Shown one piece after another: positions 24,071 through 38,359 of a stretch of DNA of 64,000 bases. Numbering within the stretch: position 1 is the first letter of the stretch; each line of letters starts with the position of its first letter. The stretch comes from Malassezia furfur. Lineage: Eukaryota. The position numbers were made by a program, and so were the translations under genes. Below the pieces are notes generated by a model. It was not told the DNA's origin. It did not search any database and was given only the letters and a program-made list of their open reading frames with translations. The DNA lies in NCBI GenBank assembly GCA_052055015.1, contig JBQJIT010000018.1. One strand, written 5' to 3'.

Positions 24071-26386
24071 ATGACTAGCTCCGAAGTGCTTACCCACCCC
24101 AGCATCCGCGATGGCTGGTTCCACGAGATCAGCCCGCAGTGGCCCGGACAGGCGATGAGCCTCAAGGTGCGCCGCATTTTGCACACGGAGCAGAGCAAGT
24201 ACCAGGACGTGCTCGTCTTCGAGTCGGAGACGTACGGCAACGTGCTCGTGCTCGACAGTGCCATCCAGTGCACGGAGCGTGACGAGTTCTCGTACCAGGA
24301 GATGATTGCGCATCTCCCGATCAACTCGCATCCTAACCCGAAGCGCGTGCTGATCATTGGCGGCGGCGACGGTGGTGTGCTGCGCGAAGTCGTCAAGCAC
24401 GAGCTGGTCGAGGAGGCCGTGCTGTGCGACATTGACGAGGCGGTGCCGCGCGTGTCGCGCAAGTACCTGCCCGACATGGCCGTCGGTCTCGACCACCCCA
24501 AGTCGACGGTGATCATCGGCGACGGCTTTGCGTTCCTGAACGACCCCAAGAACAAGGCGTCGTTCGACGTGATCATCACCGACTCGTCGGACCCCGACGG
24601 CCCCGCCGAGGTGCTGTTCCAGCAGCCCTACTTTGCGCTGCTCAAGGAGGCGCTCAAGCCTGGCGGCCACATCTCGACGCAGGCCGAGAGCATGTGGGTC
24701 CACCTGGAGCTGATTGCCAAGCTGTCCAAGTCGACCAAGGAGCTCTTCCCGGTGGCCGACTACGCCTTCACCACGATTCCGACCTACCCTTGCGGCCAGA
24801 TCGGTTTCGTAATCTGCTCGCTCGAGCCGAGCCGCGACGTGCGTACGCCGCTGCGCGACGTGCCCGAGTGCCGCTACTACAACAAGAACGTGCACCGTGC
24901 CGCGTTTGTCCTGCCCGAGTTCACGCGCAAGGTGATCGAGGACGGTGCGCCGGCGCCCGGCCCCGTGATCGCCACGGGCGACGGCAAGCCGCGCACGAAG
25001 CAGAATGACCCGAAGAAGGTGCTGCTGCTCGGCTCGGGCTACGTCGCGGGCCCTGCGCTTGAGTACCTGCTGCGCACGCCCGAGTTCAGCGTGACGGTTG
25101 CGTCGCAGCACAACAAGTCGAAGCTGTTTGACGGCCACCCGCGTGTGAAGAACATTGCGCTCAACGTCAACGACAAGAAGGCGCTTGGCGACGCGATCGC
25201 TGGCCAGGACCTCGTGATTTCGCTCATCCCCTACATCTACCACGCCGACGTGATCGAGGCGGCGATCCAGCACAAGGTCGACGTGCTCACCACCTCGTAC
25301 GTCTCGGACGCCATCCGCGCGCTCGAGCCCAAGATCGAGGAAGCGGGCATCACTGTGTTCAACGAGATCGGCCTGGACCCTGGCCTGGACCACCTGTACG
25401 CCGTCAAGGCGATCCACGACATCCACGAGCAGGGCGGCAAGGTCAAGTCGTTCCTGTCGTTCTGCGGCGGTCTGCCCGCGCCTGAGGCGGCCACGAACCC
25501 GCTCGGCTACAAGTTCTCGTGGTCGTCGCGCGGCGTGCTGTTGGCGCTGCGCAACACCGCCAAGTTCTACCAGGCGCCCGCCAAGGAGGCGCAGGTGGTC
25601 AGTGGCCTCGAGCTGATGAAGAGCGCCAAGCCCTACCACATCAACCCCGCGTTTGCGTTCGTCGGCTACCCGAACCGCGACTCGACGCCCTTCCGCGAGT
25701 GGTACGGTATCCCGGAGGCCGAGACGGTGATCCGCGGCACGCTGCGCTACCAGGGCTTCCCCGAGTTTGTGCTGGCGCTCGTGCGCCTCGGCTTCCTCGA
25801 CGAGAGCACGCAGGAGTGGCTCACCGACGGCATCACCTGGGCGCAGCTCACCCAGAAGCTCGTCGACGCCAAGTCGACCGACGAGAAGGACCTCGTCGAG
25901 GCTGTGCGCGCGCACGTTGCGTTCGACAACGCCGAGCATGAGTCGCGCGTCCTGCAGGGCTTCCGCTGGCTCGGTCTGTTTGACAACCAGACCAAGGCCA
26001 CCGTGCACGGCACCGAGGCGCAGCTCGCGGCCAACAAGGGCGGCAACCTGCTTGACACGCTCTGCAAGAACCTCGAGCAGAAGTGCAAGTACGAGCCAGG
26101 CGAGCGCGACATGGTCATGCTGCAGCACCGCTTCGGCATCGAGACCAAGGACGGCGAGCAAAAGACGCTCACCTCGACGCTGCTGGACTACGGTGTGCCG
26201 AACGGCACGTCGTCGATGGCGCGCCTAGTCGGCATGCCGTGCGGTGTGGCCGCGCGCCTGCTGTTGGAGGGCGAGCCCGCGCTGAAGAAGCCGGGTGTGC
26301 TCGCTCCCTACTCGATGGACATCGTCGAGCCCATCCGCCAGGCGCTCGTCGAGGAGGGCATCGCGCTCGAGGAGCGCTACGTGTAG
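24071..26386 (+). CDS. SPE3-LYS9: Bifunctional spermidine synthase-saccharopine dehydrogenase (reductase) fusion
   Basis: N-half [10 protein letters not shown] and [10 protein letters not shown]-half [30 protein letters not shown] and RGTLRY. Confidence 0.97.
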   Translation: MTSSEVLTHPSIRDGWFHEISPQWPGQAMSLKVRRILHTEQSKYQDVLVFESETYGNVLVLDSAIQCTERDEFSYQEMIAHLPINSHPNPKRVLIIGGGDGGVLREVVKHELVEEAVLCDIDEAVPRVSRKYLPDMAVGLDHPKSTVIIGDGFAFLNDPKNKASFDVIITDSSDPDGPAEVLFQQPYFALLKEALKPGGHISTQAESMWVHLELIAKLSKSTKELFPVADYAFTTIPTYPCGQIGFVICSLEPSRDVRTPLRDVPECRYYNKNVHRAAFVLPEFTRKVIEDGAPAPGPVIATGDGKPRTKQNDPKKVLLLGSGYVAGPALEYLLRTPEFSVTVASQHNKSKLFDGHPRVKNIALNVNDKKALGDAIAGQDLVISLIPYIYHADVIEAAIQHKVDVLTTSYVSDAIRALEPKIEEAGITVFNEIGLDPGLDHLYAVKAIHDIHEQGGKVKSFLSFCGGLPAPEAATNPLGYKFSWSSRGVLLALRNTAKFYQAPAKEAQVVSGLELMKSAKPYHINPAFAFVGYPNRDSTPFREWYGIPEAETVIRGTLRYQGFPEFVLALVRLGFLDESTQEWLTDGITWAQLTQKLVDAKSTDEKDLVEAVRAHVAFDNAEHESRVLQGFRWLGLFDNQTKATVHGTEAQLAANKGGNLLDTLCKNLEQKCKYEPGERDMVMLQHRFGIETKDGEQKTLTSTLLDYGVPNGTSSMARLVGMPCGVAARLLLEGEPALKKPGVLAPYSMDIVEPIRQALVEEGIALEERYV

Positions 26387-26506
26387 ACCCGTAGCTAGCA
26401 CGTGACACGACGCGCCCACAACACGGTGGGGCGCGTTGGCGATGGAGGCGTGTACACTGTATTTTCCGCGTCGTGCGCGGCCGCCCCCTTTTCTTCACGA
26501 CGAACG

Positions 26507-27862
26507 ATGCGTGAGATTGTGCACCTGCAGACCGGCCAGTGTGGTAACCAAGTCGGTTCCAAATTCTGGGAGGTCCTCTCCGAGGAGCATGCGATCGACG
26601 GCCACGGTAACTACTATGGCGACAACCGGCACTTGCAGCTCGACCGCATCAACGTCTACTATAACGAGGCGTCGGACAACAAGTATGTGCCGCGCGCCGT
26701 GCTCGTCGACCTCGAGCCGGGCACCATGGACTCGATCCGCTCGAGCCGCATCGGTGGCCTCTTCCGCCCAGACAACTTTGTGTTCGGCCAGAGCGGCGCG
26801 GGCAACAACTGGGCCAAGGGCCACTACACCGAGGGCGCCGAGCTCGTCGACTCCGTCATGGACGTCGTCCGCAAGGAGGCCGAGAACTGTGACATGCTCC
26901 AGGGCTTCCAGATCACTCACTCGCTCGGCGGTGGTACGGGTGCCGGTATGGGCACGCTGCTCATCTCCAAGATCCGCGAGGAGTACCCCGACCGAATGAT
27001 GGCCACCTTCTCGGTGATGCCGTCGCCCAAGGTGTCGGACACGGTCGTGGAACCGTACAATGCCACGCTTTCTGTGCACCAGCTCGTGGAGAACAGTGAC
27101 GAGACGTTCTGTATCGATAATGAGGCGCTGTACGACATCTGCTTCCGGACACTCAAGCTCAAGTCGCCGTCGTACGACGACCTGAACCAGCTTGTGTCGC
27201 TCGTCATGTCGGGTGTCACGACCTGCCTGCGCTTCCCTGGCCAGCTGAACTCGGACCTCCGCAAGCTCGCGGTGAACATGGTGCCGTTCCCGCGCCTGCA
27301 CTTCTTCATGGTCGGCTTTGCGCCGCTGACTGCCAAGGGCTCGCAGCAGTACCGCGCCGTGACCGTGCCGGAGCTGACGTCGCAGATGTTTGACGCAAAG
27401 AACATGATGGCCGCGTCCGACCCGCGCCAGGGCCGCTACCTGACGGTCGCTGCCTACTTCCGCGGCAAGCTCTCGATGAAGGAGGTCGAGGACCAGATGC
27501 AGGCGGTACAGACCAAGAACTCGTCCTACTTTGTCGAGTGGATCCCGAACAATGTACAGACCGCGCACTGTGACATCCCGCCGCACGGCATGAAGATGGC
27601 GGTGACGTTCATCGGCAACAACACCGCGATCCAGGACCTTTTCAAGCGTGTCTCGGTGCAGTTCCAGGCGATGTTCCGGCGCAAGGCCTTCTTGCACTGG
27701 TACACCGGCGAGGGCATGGACGAGATGGAGTTTACTGAGGCCGAGTCGAACCTGGCCGACCTCATCAGCGAATACCAGCAGTACCAGGACGCGACGGTCG
27801 ACGACGACCTCGAGGAGTTTGACGGCTACGAGGGCGAGGAGCTGTTGGAGGAGGAGATGTAG
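26507..27862 (+). CDS. TUB2: Beta-tubulin (no intron needed)
   Basis: [22 protein letters not shown] and acidic C-terminal tail. Confidence 0.99.
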   Translation: MREIVHLQTGQCGNQVGSKFWEVLSEEHAIDGHGNYYGDNRHLQLDRINVYYNEASDNKYVPRAVLVDLEPGTMDSIRSSRIGGLFRPDNFVFGQSGAGNNWAKGHYTEGAELVDSVMDVVRKEAENCDMLQGFQITHSLGGGTGAGMGTLLISKIREEYPDRMMATFSVMPSPKVSDTVVEPYNATLSVHQLVENSDETFCIDNEALYDICFRTLKLKSPSYDDLNQLVSLVMSGVTTCLRFPGQLNSDLRKLAVNMVPFPRLHFFMVGFAPLTAKGSQQYRAVTVPELTSQMFDAKNMMAASDPRQGRYLTVAAYFRGKLSMKEVEDQMQAVQTKNSSYFVEWIPNNVQTAHCDIPPHGMKMAVTFIGNNTAIQDLFKRVSVQFQAMFRRKAFLHWYTGEGMDEMEFTEAESNLADLISEYQQYQDATVDDDLEEFDGYEGEELLEEEM

Positions 27863-28127
27863 TTACCGACCCTAATCATGTTCCATTAGCTACGAGTTTG
27901 ACGCGCACTCGCGACGCGCACCCGGGGTTCGCGCACCTGGGCCGGACGAGCGCCGCGTGATTCCCGTGCACGTGGCGCTTGGCCTGAGGGCGCCACAGGG
28001 GCGCGCCGGCCCACGCGCAGGGCTTCGCGCGGCGACCGGCCGGGCTTAGCTCAGCGAAAGACCGTGCGTGCGTCGCAACGGGCTTTGCATACCCCACCGA
28101 ATCCGCCGTCGAGGGCCGGCCACGAGC

Positions 28128-31089
28128 ATGTTGAAGGGGTCGAAAGCGCATCACTATGCGCAAGAGCTGCATAGTGCGCGACTCAAGGGGCTGTTCGGGC
28201 ATGGCTCGCAGACACGGAGCAGTTTTACAGAGCTGCTGCGCAAGTACCTCAAGCACAACCCTACCCAGTCCAGTACGTACGACCACGCGCTCATCTCCAG
28301 ACACGGCGCAGATCGCGCAGGATGAGCACGACATGCACGCCGAAATTTTGGAGTTCCTGGAGCAAGAGGGCTTCCGCGACGCGTCGCACTCGAACGACAC
28401 GCCGGAGCACATTGCCTTCCCTCCGGTGATGCGAAAAGGCCTCGCGTTCACCGAGCGCGTCGAGGCCGGCATCGAGCGCCTCGCGGCCGCCGAGCGCGAC
28501 AAAGAGCTGTCGATCATTGATGCGGCCACGACGGTCGCGATGCGGGCATACGGTATGTTCATGCTCGGCCTCGACGACGAGACGATGCGCCTCGTCAGAG
28601 TGTCGCGTATCCTCGAATCCGAGCCGCTCGCACCGCACAAGGCCCCGTACACGGCCGAAGTCGAGCACCACGTTGCGCTCGTGATCCTCGCGGCGGTCAT
28701 GAATGGCCTCGCACTCGAGCGCTCGGCAGTCGAGCGCGGCACGGAACGTCTCGAGGCCGCGCTGCAGTCCTACGCACGCGCCATTGCGCTCCACGAGCAG
28801 CTACGCGGCACCGACAGCCGGCGCGGCGGGCGCACCGCGCCGTTCGTCGACGAAGCTGAGCGCTGGACCGAAACGGCCCTGTACCGCACTGCGCTGCTCA
28901 CCATGCGCATCCGCGGCGACACCCTGGGCCTCGCCGCACTGCGGGCGTACCAGGCAAAAGAGTCGCGCTGGCCGTCTACGTTCCGCTTGCCGCAGCGCAA
29001 CGTCCTGCGCAACATCCAGGCCGCACGCCTGAACCAGGCGCGCACGGCGCCGCCGACGCACGCCGCAGCAGGTGCGCCAGCAGTGCGGACCACGTCGCAG
29101 CGCCGGGTGCGTGCAGCGCCGCCGACGGACAAGCCGACGAGCGCGTGGTCGGACGAGTTTACGCGGATCAAGGGCACCGTCATCCGCACGCTTGAGCAGA
29201 CCACCTCGTTCCCGCGTGCGGACGAGCCGAATGTCAATGCCGAGAAGCTGGCGGACCAGCTCGTACTGAGCTGGCAGCTCGACGGCGCACAGGGCGCCGA
29301 GGGTGCCGACGAGGTCGTCGACCTGCTGTACGGCCTGACGCGTATCACCTTCCGGTCGCAGACGTTGCTGCGCCTGCTCGTGCACATGCTCATCGCCGCC
29401 GAGGCGTATGAGGAGGCCAGTGCACTCGCCGACAAGTACACCCTCGTCGTCGAAACCACCTGGCAGGCAATGGGTAACCCGCCGCACAAGCGCGAGCAGC
29501 GCGACGGACGCGGCGTCGACGGCGTCGAAGAGTTCTTCGACACTCAACTGCTCGTCGCGCACGTCGAGCACATTCACCTTGGCGACGTGACGCGCGCGCA
29601 CGAACGGGTATACCACCTCCTCACCCTTCTTGACCGCGCACCAGCGCCCGACGACGGCGAGGAAATGCGCACGCGCTTACCGACGATCGAGGCCGACGCG
29701 GCGCTCCTCGCCCGCGTCCTGCGTGCCGCGGGCACCACGGCGTTTGCACTCGCGCGCGATGCGCTGCCGTCGCGGCGCAGTGAGGCGCAGAACGAGGCGC
29801 TTACGCTGCTGCGCGAGGCGACGCAGCTCGACGCAGACGCGGCTGAGTCGTTCTACGTACTAGCATTGGCACTCGGGCAGACGCAGGCGACGCCCGAGGC
29901 GCTTGCCGCGGCGCGGCGCGCGCTCGAGCTCGAGCCCGCGTGGCTGGACGCGTGGCACCTGATCGTGCTGCTCCTAACCGCCTCCAAAGACTTCCAGGGC
30001 GCGCTGGACCTCGCCGACGAAGCGCTCGTCCAGGCGGACGCGGACGAAGCGCGCGATGCGCAGGCCGTCGCCGACGGTGTACCGCCGACGGTCACGCGCC
30101 TCGCCTCGCTCGACCACCCGCCGTCGGCGCGCGAGCGCAGCGCGAGCTACATCCGCCTGTTTGCTACCTACAACACCCTTGTCGAGCTCACCGAGGGCGT
30201 TCAGGCGGCGCTCAACGGTCAGCGTGAGCTGTTTGAGGCGTTCCGAGCGCGCTTCCCGCTCACGCCCAATACAAACGCACAGAAGCGCGCGCGCGACGTG
30301 GCGAACGACGCCGCGCCGCAGTTTGACCCGCAGGGCCCGCGCGAGCTGACCGCAACGCCCGCCGAGGCCCGTGCGGCGTACCGTGCGCGAGTCGAGCGCC
30401 GGATGTTGCAGACGCTGTGGCTCATGAGCGACGCATCCTTCCGGCGCGCAGGCGATCTCGATCAGTCGCGCGATGCGATCCAAGAGGCCGAGAGCCTCGA
30501 CGCGCTCCAGCCGGACCTCTGGGTGCAGCTCGCCCTGTGGTGCCTGGACGCCCAGAAGCCGGGGGCGGCTGTCACGTGCCTGTACAAGGCGCTCGCGTGC
30601 GAGGCGGACCATGTGCCCGCGTCGCTGCACCTCGCGCGCCTGCTGCTGCAGCCGGACGCGTTGCACCTGCGCGCGTCGCACGCCGAGACAATTGCCGCAG
30701 TGGGCACCGCACAGCACGGCGCCGAGGCGCTCACGCAGCAGGTGCTCACCGACGAAGGCATCGGCACCGAACTCGAGGACGAGGCGCGCGCGAGCAACAC
30801 ACGTTCGCTTGGCGCCAAGCTGGACCGCGACGACCTTGGGCCCGTGGATCCGGCGTTCGCGTGGAAGAACAACCCAAGCATCCCACCGCTGAGCATCGCC
30901 GAGGGGCTCCTGCGTACCGCGACGCTCTACGGCGGGCACGACGTGCCCGAGGCATGGCACCTGCTTGCCCAATTCGCCACCCAAACGGGACGCCCTACCC
31001 ACGTACAGCGTTCCTACCTACAGACCGCGCTGCGCCTCGAACGCGCACGGCCGGTGCGCCCCTTGCGTGGGGCCCTCGCCTTGCCGTAG
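28128..31089 (+). CDS. TPR protein, Ypp1/TTC7-like; intron 28273-28300
   Basis: TPR helices (ARRALELEP..AWHLIVLLLTA, LWLMS.A.FRRAG, PEAWHLLA, ALRLE..RPVRP); upstream exon SKAHHYAQELHSAR. Confidence 0.7.
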
Positions 31090-31151
31090 TCCTCACATAA
31101 GCCTCCACGTGGCATCTTGTACGAGCGGCTCAGCGCTCCCCAGCGGCGACC

Positions 31152-33677
<2,526 letters not shown>

Positions 33678-33792
33678 ATCGATCGTAGCAGATGACTAAT
33701 GAACGCGGGGAAACGAATGAGGGACTCTTGGTTATTCTGCCAAGCAATTTGGTCGCGGAGTTATTTTGCTGCAACCCTACCCCAGAGCCACG

Positions 33793-35049
33793 ATGCGTAC
33801 GTGCTTGGAAAACTTACGCAGCGTCTGAAAACGAGCCTCTTTTGCCGCAAGGTAGGCTTCAACTCACACTCACCCAGGCCCGGCACGCAATGTCTCTGTC
33901 CATCGCCAACCGTCGTACTATGAGTCATTCCGCTGGCTGCTGACTTCTTCCTACATCAATGTGTTCCTCTTGTTTGTCCCGCTGGGTGTATTGTCCAAGT
34001 TCCTCCAATGGGGATCCATGCCCATCTTCGCGCTCAACTTCTTGGCCATCGTACCCCTGGCCAAGCTGCTGGGCGATGCGACCGAGCAGGTCAGCATCCG
34101 CCTCGGCCCGACGCTCGGAGGCCTGCTGAACGCGACGTTCGGCAACGCCGTCGAACTTATCGTGGCCATCGTCGCGCTCATGCAGGGTGAGCTCCGTATT
34201 GTACAGATCTCGCTGATCGGCTCGATCCTGTCCAATCTGCTGCTGGTGCTCGGCCTGAGCTTCATGGCCGGTGGCATCTTCAAGCCGGAGAACCTGTTCG
34301 CACAGACCCCGGCGCAGGCCTCGAGCTCGATCATGACCCTGGGGTGCTTCACGATGGTCATCCCTGCCGCCTACTGGGCGTCAATCCAGGAAAAGGAGGC
34401 CAACCTGCTCCGTCCCGAACTGTTCAAGGGTGGTGATGTGAGTGAGGCGCAGCATGGCCTGCTGTTCATCTCGCGCGGCACGTCGATCCTGCTTCTGGCC
34501 ATCTACGTGGGCTACCTCATCTTCCAGCTCAAGTCGCACGCCTTCCTGTACGAGGACGTGAGCCAGGACGAGCCGGAGGAGGAGCGCATGTCGCCTTACG
34601 CGGCGATTGCCAGCCTGCTTCTGGTGACTGTGGTGACCTCGTTCAACGCCGACTATTTGGTGGCGGCGATCGACGACGTTGCCAACGAGTACAAAATCTC
34701 GAAAGTGTTCATTGGTATCATCCTCCTGCCAATTGTGGGCAACGCGGCGGAGCACGTCACCTCCGTGTGGATGGCGGCCAAGGACAAGATGGAAATTGCG
34801 CTGGGCGTGGCGGTTGGCAGCTCGATCCAGATCTGCCTGGGCTTGGTGCCCACGCTGGTGATTGTTGGCTGGCTCATTGGCCAGCCGCTCTCGCTGTACT
34901 TCCACAACTTTGAGACCATCACGCTGGTGATTTCGGTGCTGCTGGTCTCGAGCCTCATTCAGGACGGCAAGAGCAACTACCTCGAGGGCTCCATGTTGGT
35001 GGCGCTCTATCTCGTGATTGCCCTGTCGTTCTGGGTCCAGCCTTCCTAA
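33793..35049 (+). CDS. VCX1: Vacuolar Ca2+/H+ exchanger; introns 33797-33821, 33852-33877
   Basis: GGLLNATFGNAVE and PIVGNAAEH alpha repeats; two short 5' exons restore MPSENEPLLPQ. Confidence 0.92.
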
Positions 35050-35095
35050 ATTATCAACAATTCATACTGCGTAGCTACATAACCCATCTGCTTGT

Positions 35096-36460
35096 TCATT
35101 GCGCGAACGGGTTCGAGGTGTGCTGCGGCTGCAACGGAGTGGCACTCCCTGAGCCAAACGCGGCTTCACCCAGCGCAGACGTTTGGCCGGTGCGCTGCTG
35201 GCGCAACCGCTCGTTCCACGCAGCAAAGTTGGGGCCCATACGCATGTCGCCCGTGTTTCCAAAGGTGTCCACGCCGTCTCCCGAGGCCAACAGGCGGTCC
35301 AGCTCGGGGTGGGCATTGCTGATCTTTACCTTGGGTGGTCCACTGGGCTTGGGTGGCGCAGGGGCAGGCTCTGCAGGGGTGTCGAAGGAAATCAGGGTAT
35401 CCGTCTTGTCGTCCGGCTTGCTTTCCTGTACAGGTTCCGGTTTGGGCTCGGACTGCGTCGGCGTCGGCGCAGGGTTCAGCCAGGGGTTGTTCGATCCAAA
35501 GTTGGTCGGCTGAGGCATAAGCGGCTGCTGCTGCTGCTGTGTCATGAGGTATTGATACTGCTGCGCCGCATTTTGCAGCGCCATTTGACGCTGGTATTCT
35601 TGCTGAGCGAGGTATTGTTGCTGGAGTAGTTCTTGTTGCTGCATCTGTGCCTGGAAGAAGGGATTGAATCCGGTCGGTTGGTACTGCATGTAGGGATTAA
35701 ACGAGGTGTACTGCGGCTGCAGCGAGCCGTATGGGTTCTGCTCACTCTCATCGAGATTGATCAGGTTCGACTTTTTCTCTTCTTCCTCCCGAGACAGGCG
35801 CAGTGCCTTTTCCAAGTCTTCGTCGTTTTGCGCCGTCGCCCTCTTCCGACGCTCTTCCTCCTCGGCCATACGCCTGGACTCTTCCAAAGCCTGCTGCAAC
35901 TCGCGGTCCTCCTTCGAGCGCTGGTCGTTCTCCGCTTGCCGACGCCGCCTGCCTTCGGCATCGCTGTAATCGTTCGGATCCGTCTTGGTGCGCTGGTTCA
36001 TATTGGATCGGGCACGGCGCTGTGACCGCATGCGACTCTCGTCCATGAGCAATGCCGTAATCTCTTTCGCTTTTTGCCGAACATTCGCACCTTGGTCAAT
36101 CCCGCCGTCGTCCATGTACTGGAACTCCTTGAGCGTCTTGACGATGTAGATGTTGTCGTGGAAATACATCCAGACATTCTCGCTCCCTGCATGGAGGAGA
36201 TAATCAAGTACAGACAGTGCCTTGAATACGTGCCTCCAGTTCTTGCCCTTGTCGTTCAATCGCTTGTCGAGGATCTCCATCATCTCAATGAAATCGGTGT
36301 GGTTGTGACTCAGTTGAGCCAGCTCGTTCATCTGTGACGCACTTGGGCCCCATGGATCATTCGAGGTGGCCTCACGGACTTTGATTTGTGTGTCAGTGTA
36401 TCCTTTGATGTAGTTCTTGCCCACGCGCACCGCAGACTTGGACAGGTTCTGCAACGACAT
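35096..36460 (-). CDS. ENT1: Epsin (ENTH domain, UIMs, NPF motifs)
   Basis: KVREATSNDPWGP, KRLNDKGKNWRHVFK, two UIMs (LQQALEES, LEKALRLS), Gln-rich region and NPF motifs. Confidence 0.93.
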   Translation of the reverse strand: MSLQNLSKSAVRVGKNYIKGYTDTQIKVREATSNDPWGPSASQMNELAQLSHNHTDFIEMMEILDKRLNDKGKNWRHVFKALSVLDYLLHAGSENVWMYFHDNIYIVKTLKEFQYMDDGGIDQGANVRQKAKEITALLMDESRMRSQRRARSNMNQRTKTDPNDYSDAEGRRRRQAENDQRSKEDRELQQALEESRRMAEEEERRKRATAQNDEDLEKALRLSREEEEKKSNLINLDESEQNPYGSLQPQYTSFNPYMQYQPTGFNPFFQAQMQQQELLQQQYLAQQEYQRQMALQNAAQQYQYLMTQQQQQPLMPQPTNFGSNNPWLNPAPTPTQSEPKPEPVQESKPDDKTDTLISFDTPAEPAPAPPKPSGPPKVKISNAHPELDRLLASGDGVDTFGNTGDMRMGPNFAAWNERLRQQRTGQTSALGEAAFGSGSATPLQPQHTSNPFAQ

Positions 36461-36652
36461 CGCGTACGGGGTGCCGATAGCACGTAGGTGGAGAAAGGGC
36501 ACGGCCACCCTGCCTCAACCCGTCCCCCCACGTGGTGAAGGTGGAGGGCGCGGACATTTTGATGAAACATGCATGACCAATAATTACCCGCTAAATCTAC
36601 AAATACATTTCAATTGCGCCCGGGGGGCACCACATTGCGGTGCAACTGGAAA

Positions 36653-38140
36653 TCAGGCAACGGCGTTGTCCACAGCCGTGTTACCCTTGAGCTCCCCGTT
36701 TGTGTCCGAGGGGAAGCTGTCGCTCGGGGCGTAGCTACCCGTCTGGAGCTCGTGCTTCGAAGGCTCATCCGAGTGCATGTTGCCGTTGTGCGCCTCGATG
36801 TGGCTAAAGTGCGGAATGACGTAGGCCTCCTCACCAATCTGGGCGATATCGGTGCCCAGAATCTCCTCCTTCTCGCTGCAGCGGAACTTGAAGCCGGGAA
36901 TGTGGTCGATCACAAACAACAGAATGAAGGTAAGGACGAACGACCAGCCAAAGCCAGCACATGAGTCAGCAAGCTGGTAGCCGAGCTGGATGTAGTGGTG
37001 GTTGATCCAACCAGAGCCATCTGACGGATCGCTACCATCAAAGCTCGACACGCGGCCGTCGGCAAAGAGACCCGTCAGGAAGTTGCCCACAAAACCACCG
37101 ACGGCGTGCGCCGCAAAGATATCGAGCGCATCATCGTAGCCAAGCAGATTCTTGAGCTGCGTGGCAAAGTTGCAAGCAGCACCGCCCACAACACCGAACA
37201 CCAGCGCCGACGGCGTGCCGACGTAACCCGAGGCGGGGGTGATAGCCACCAGGCCCGAAATGACACCCGAGCAGAAGCCAACGGCAGACCACTTGCGCTC
37301 CAGGCGGTAGTCAAGGATCATCCAGGTAAGACCGCCCATCGATGCAGCAATGTGCGTCACCATCATTGCCTGAGCAGCGCGCAGGTTGGCACCGAGACCC
37401 GAACCACCGTTGAAGCCGAACCAGCCAAACCAGAGCATGACCGTTCCGAGCACCACGTACGTGACATTGTGGGGACGGTAAGCCAGCTTCTCGGTACCAT
37501 AGCCGCGGCGCTTGCCGAGGTAGAGCGAGATGACGAGCGCAGCAGTACCCGAGCTAATGTGGACGGGCGTTCCACCAGCATAGTCGAGACCACCGAGGTT
37601 GTTCGACCAGCCATGGCCCACATTCCACGTCCAGCATGCAATCGGGTTATACACAATCGTGGCCCAGCAGAAGGCAAACACCAGCATAGGTCCGAACCGG
37701 GCACGATCAGCGAAGGCACCGCAAGCAATGACCAGGGTAATGCACGAGAACATCATCTGGTAAACACAGTAGACCAGTGCAGGAACCGTGTCACCACCCG
37801 GACTCACGTCCATGTCCACGTTGATCAAACCAAAGTGCTTCAGGTCACCGATAAAGGAGTCGGCTCCCTCGCTGAACGACAGTGAATAGCCCCAGAAGAA
37901 CCATTCCACAGAGACCACGGCCATGATAGCCATGGACATACAGATCATTGTCAACGCGTTCTTGCGGCGAAGCAAACCTGCGTAGAAGAAACCAAGACCC
38001 GGAATCATGATGAACACGAGCACCGTCGAAATCAACATCCAGGCAATGTTGCCCAGGTTGTAAACCACCTCGCCGTCGAGATCATCAGCGGCCGTAGGTG
38101 TAACGATGTTGTTCTCCCCGGTGTACGTTGAGTTCACCAT
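36653..38140 (-). CDS. MEP: Ammonium transporter (Amt/Mep family)
   Basis: DYAGGTPVHISSG, LWFGWFGFNGGS, GLVAITPASG and DDALDIFAAH. Confidence 0.96.
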   Translation of the reverse strand: MVNSTYTGENNIVTPTAADDLDGEVVYNLGNIAWMLISTVLVFIMIPGLGFFYAGLLRRKNALTMICMSMAIMAVVSVEWFFWGYSLSFSEGADSFIGDLKHFGLINVDMDVSPGGDTVPALVYCVYQMMFSCITLVIACGAFADRARFGPMLVFAFCWATIVYNPIACWTWNVGHGWSNNLGGLDYAGGTPVHISSGTAALVISLYLGKRRGYGTEKLAYRPHNVTYVVLGTVMLWFGWFGFNGGSGLGANLRAAQAMMVTHIAASMGGLTWMILDYRLERKWSAVGFCSGVISGLVAITPASGYVGTPSALVFGVVGGAACNFATQLKNLLGYDDALDIFAAHAVGGFVGNFLTGLFADGRVSSFDGSDPSDGSGWINHHYIQLGYQLADSCAGFGWSFVLTFILLFVIDHIPGFKFRCSEKEEILGTDIAQIGEEAYVIPHFSHIEAHNGNMHSDEPSKHELQTGSYAPSDSFPSDTNGELKGNTAVDNAVA

Positions 38141-38359
38141 GATGGTATCGGTAGGGTAGAGAGTTAACAGAAGATGGTTAGGCTTATTATAGATGGGATT
38201 CTGCTGACTCGATAGCCGGTACTAAACGGAATCGTCTTGGCGAGATTGCTTCTCCCTCCTGCAGCTGATAAGACTACTCGAGATAACAAATGCTGCAGGT
38301 GCCACGTGAACTTGTGTAAAATTGGACCTCCAGTACCACAGGTATTCCATAAGCACGCG

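Noticed and set aside
24011..26161. Long antisense ORFs (716 aa here; also 1270-2367, 26495-27697, 41717-43345, 44559-45707, 58456-59667)
   Set aside because: They are mirror-frame shadows of genes with strong C/G third-position bias and show no recognisable motifs.
33692..33943. 83-aa ORF upstream of VCX1 as a separate gene or uORF
   Set aside because: It overlaps the two small 5' exons and introns of VCX1.
35500..35720. CAG/Gln-rich tract
   Set aside because: Ordinary Gln-rich and QPT/QYT region of fungal epsins.
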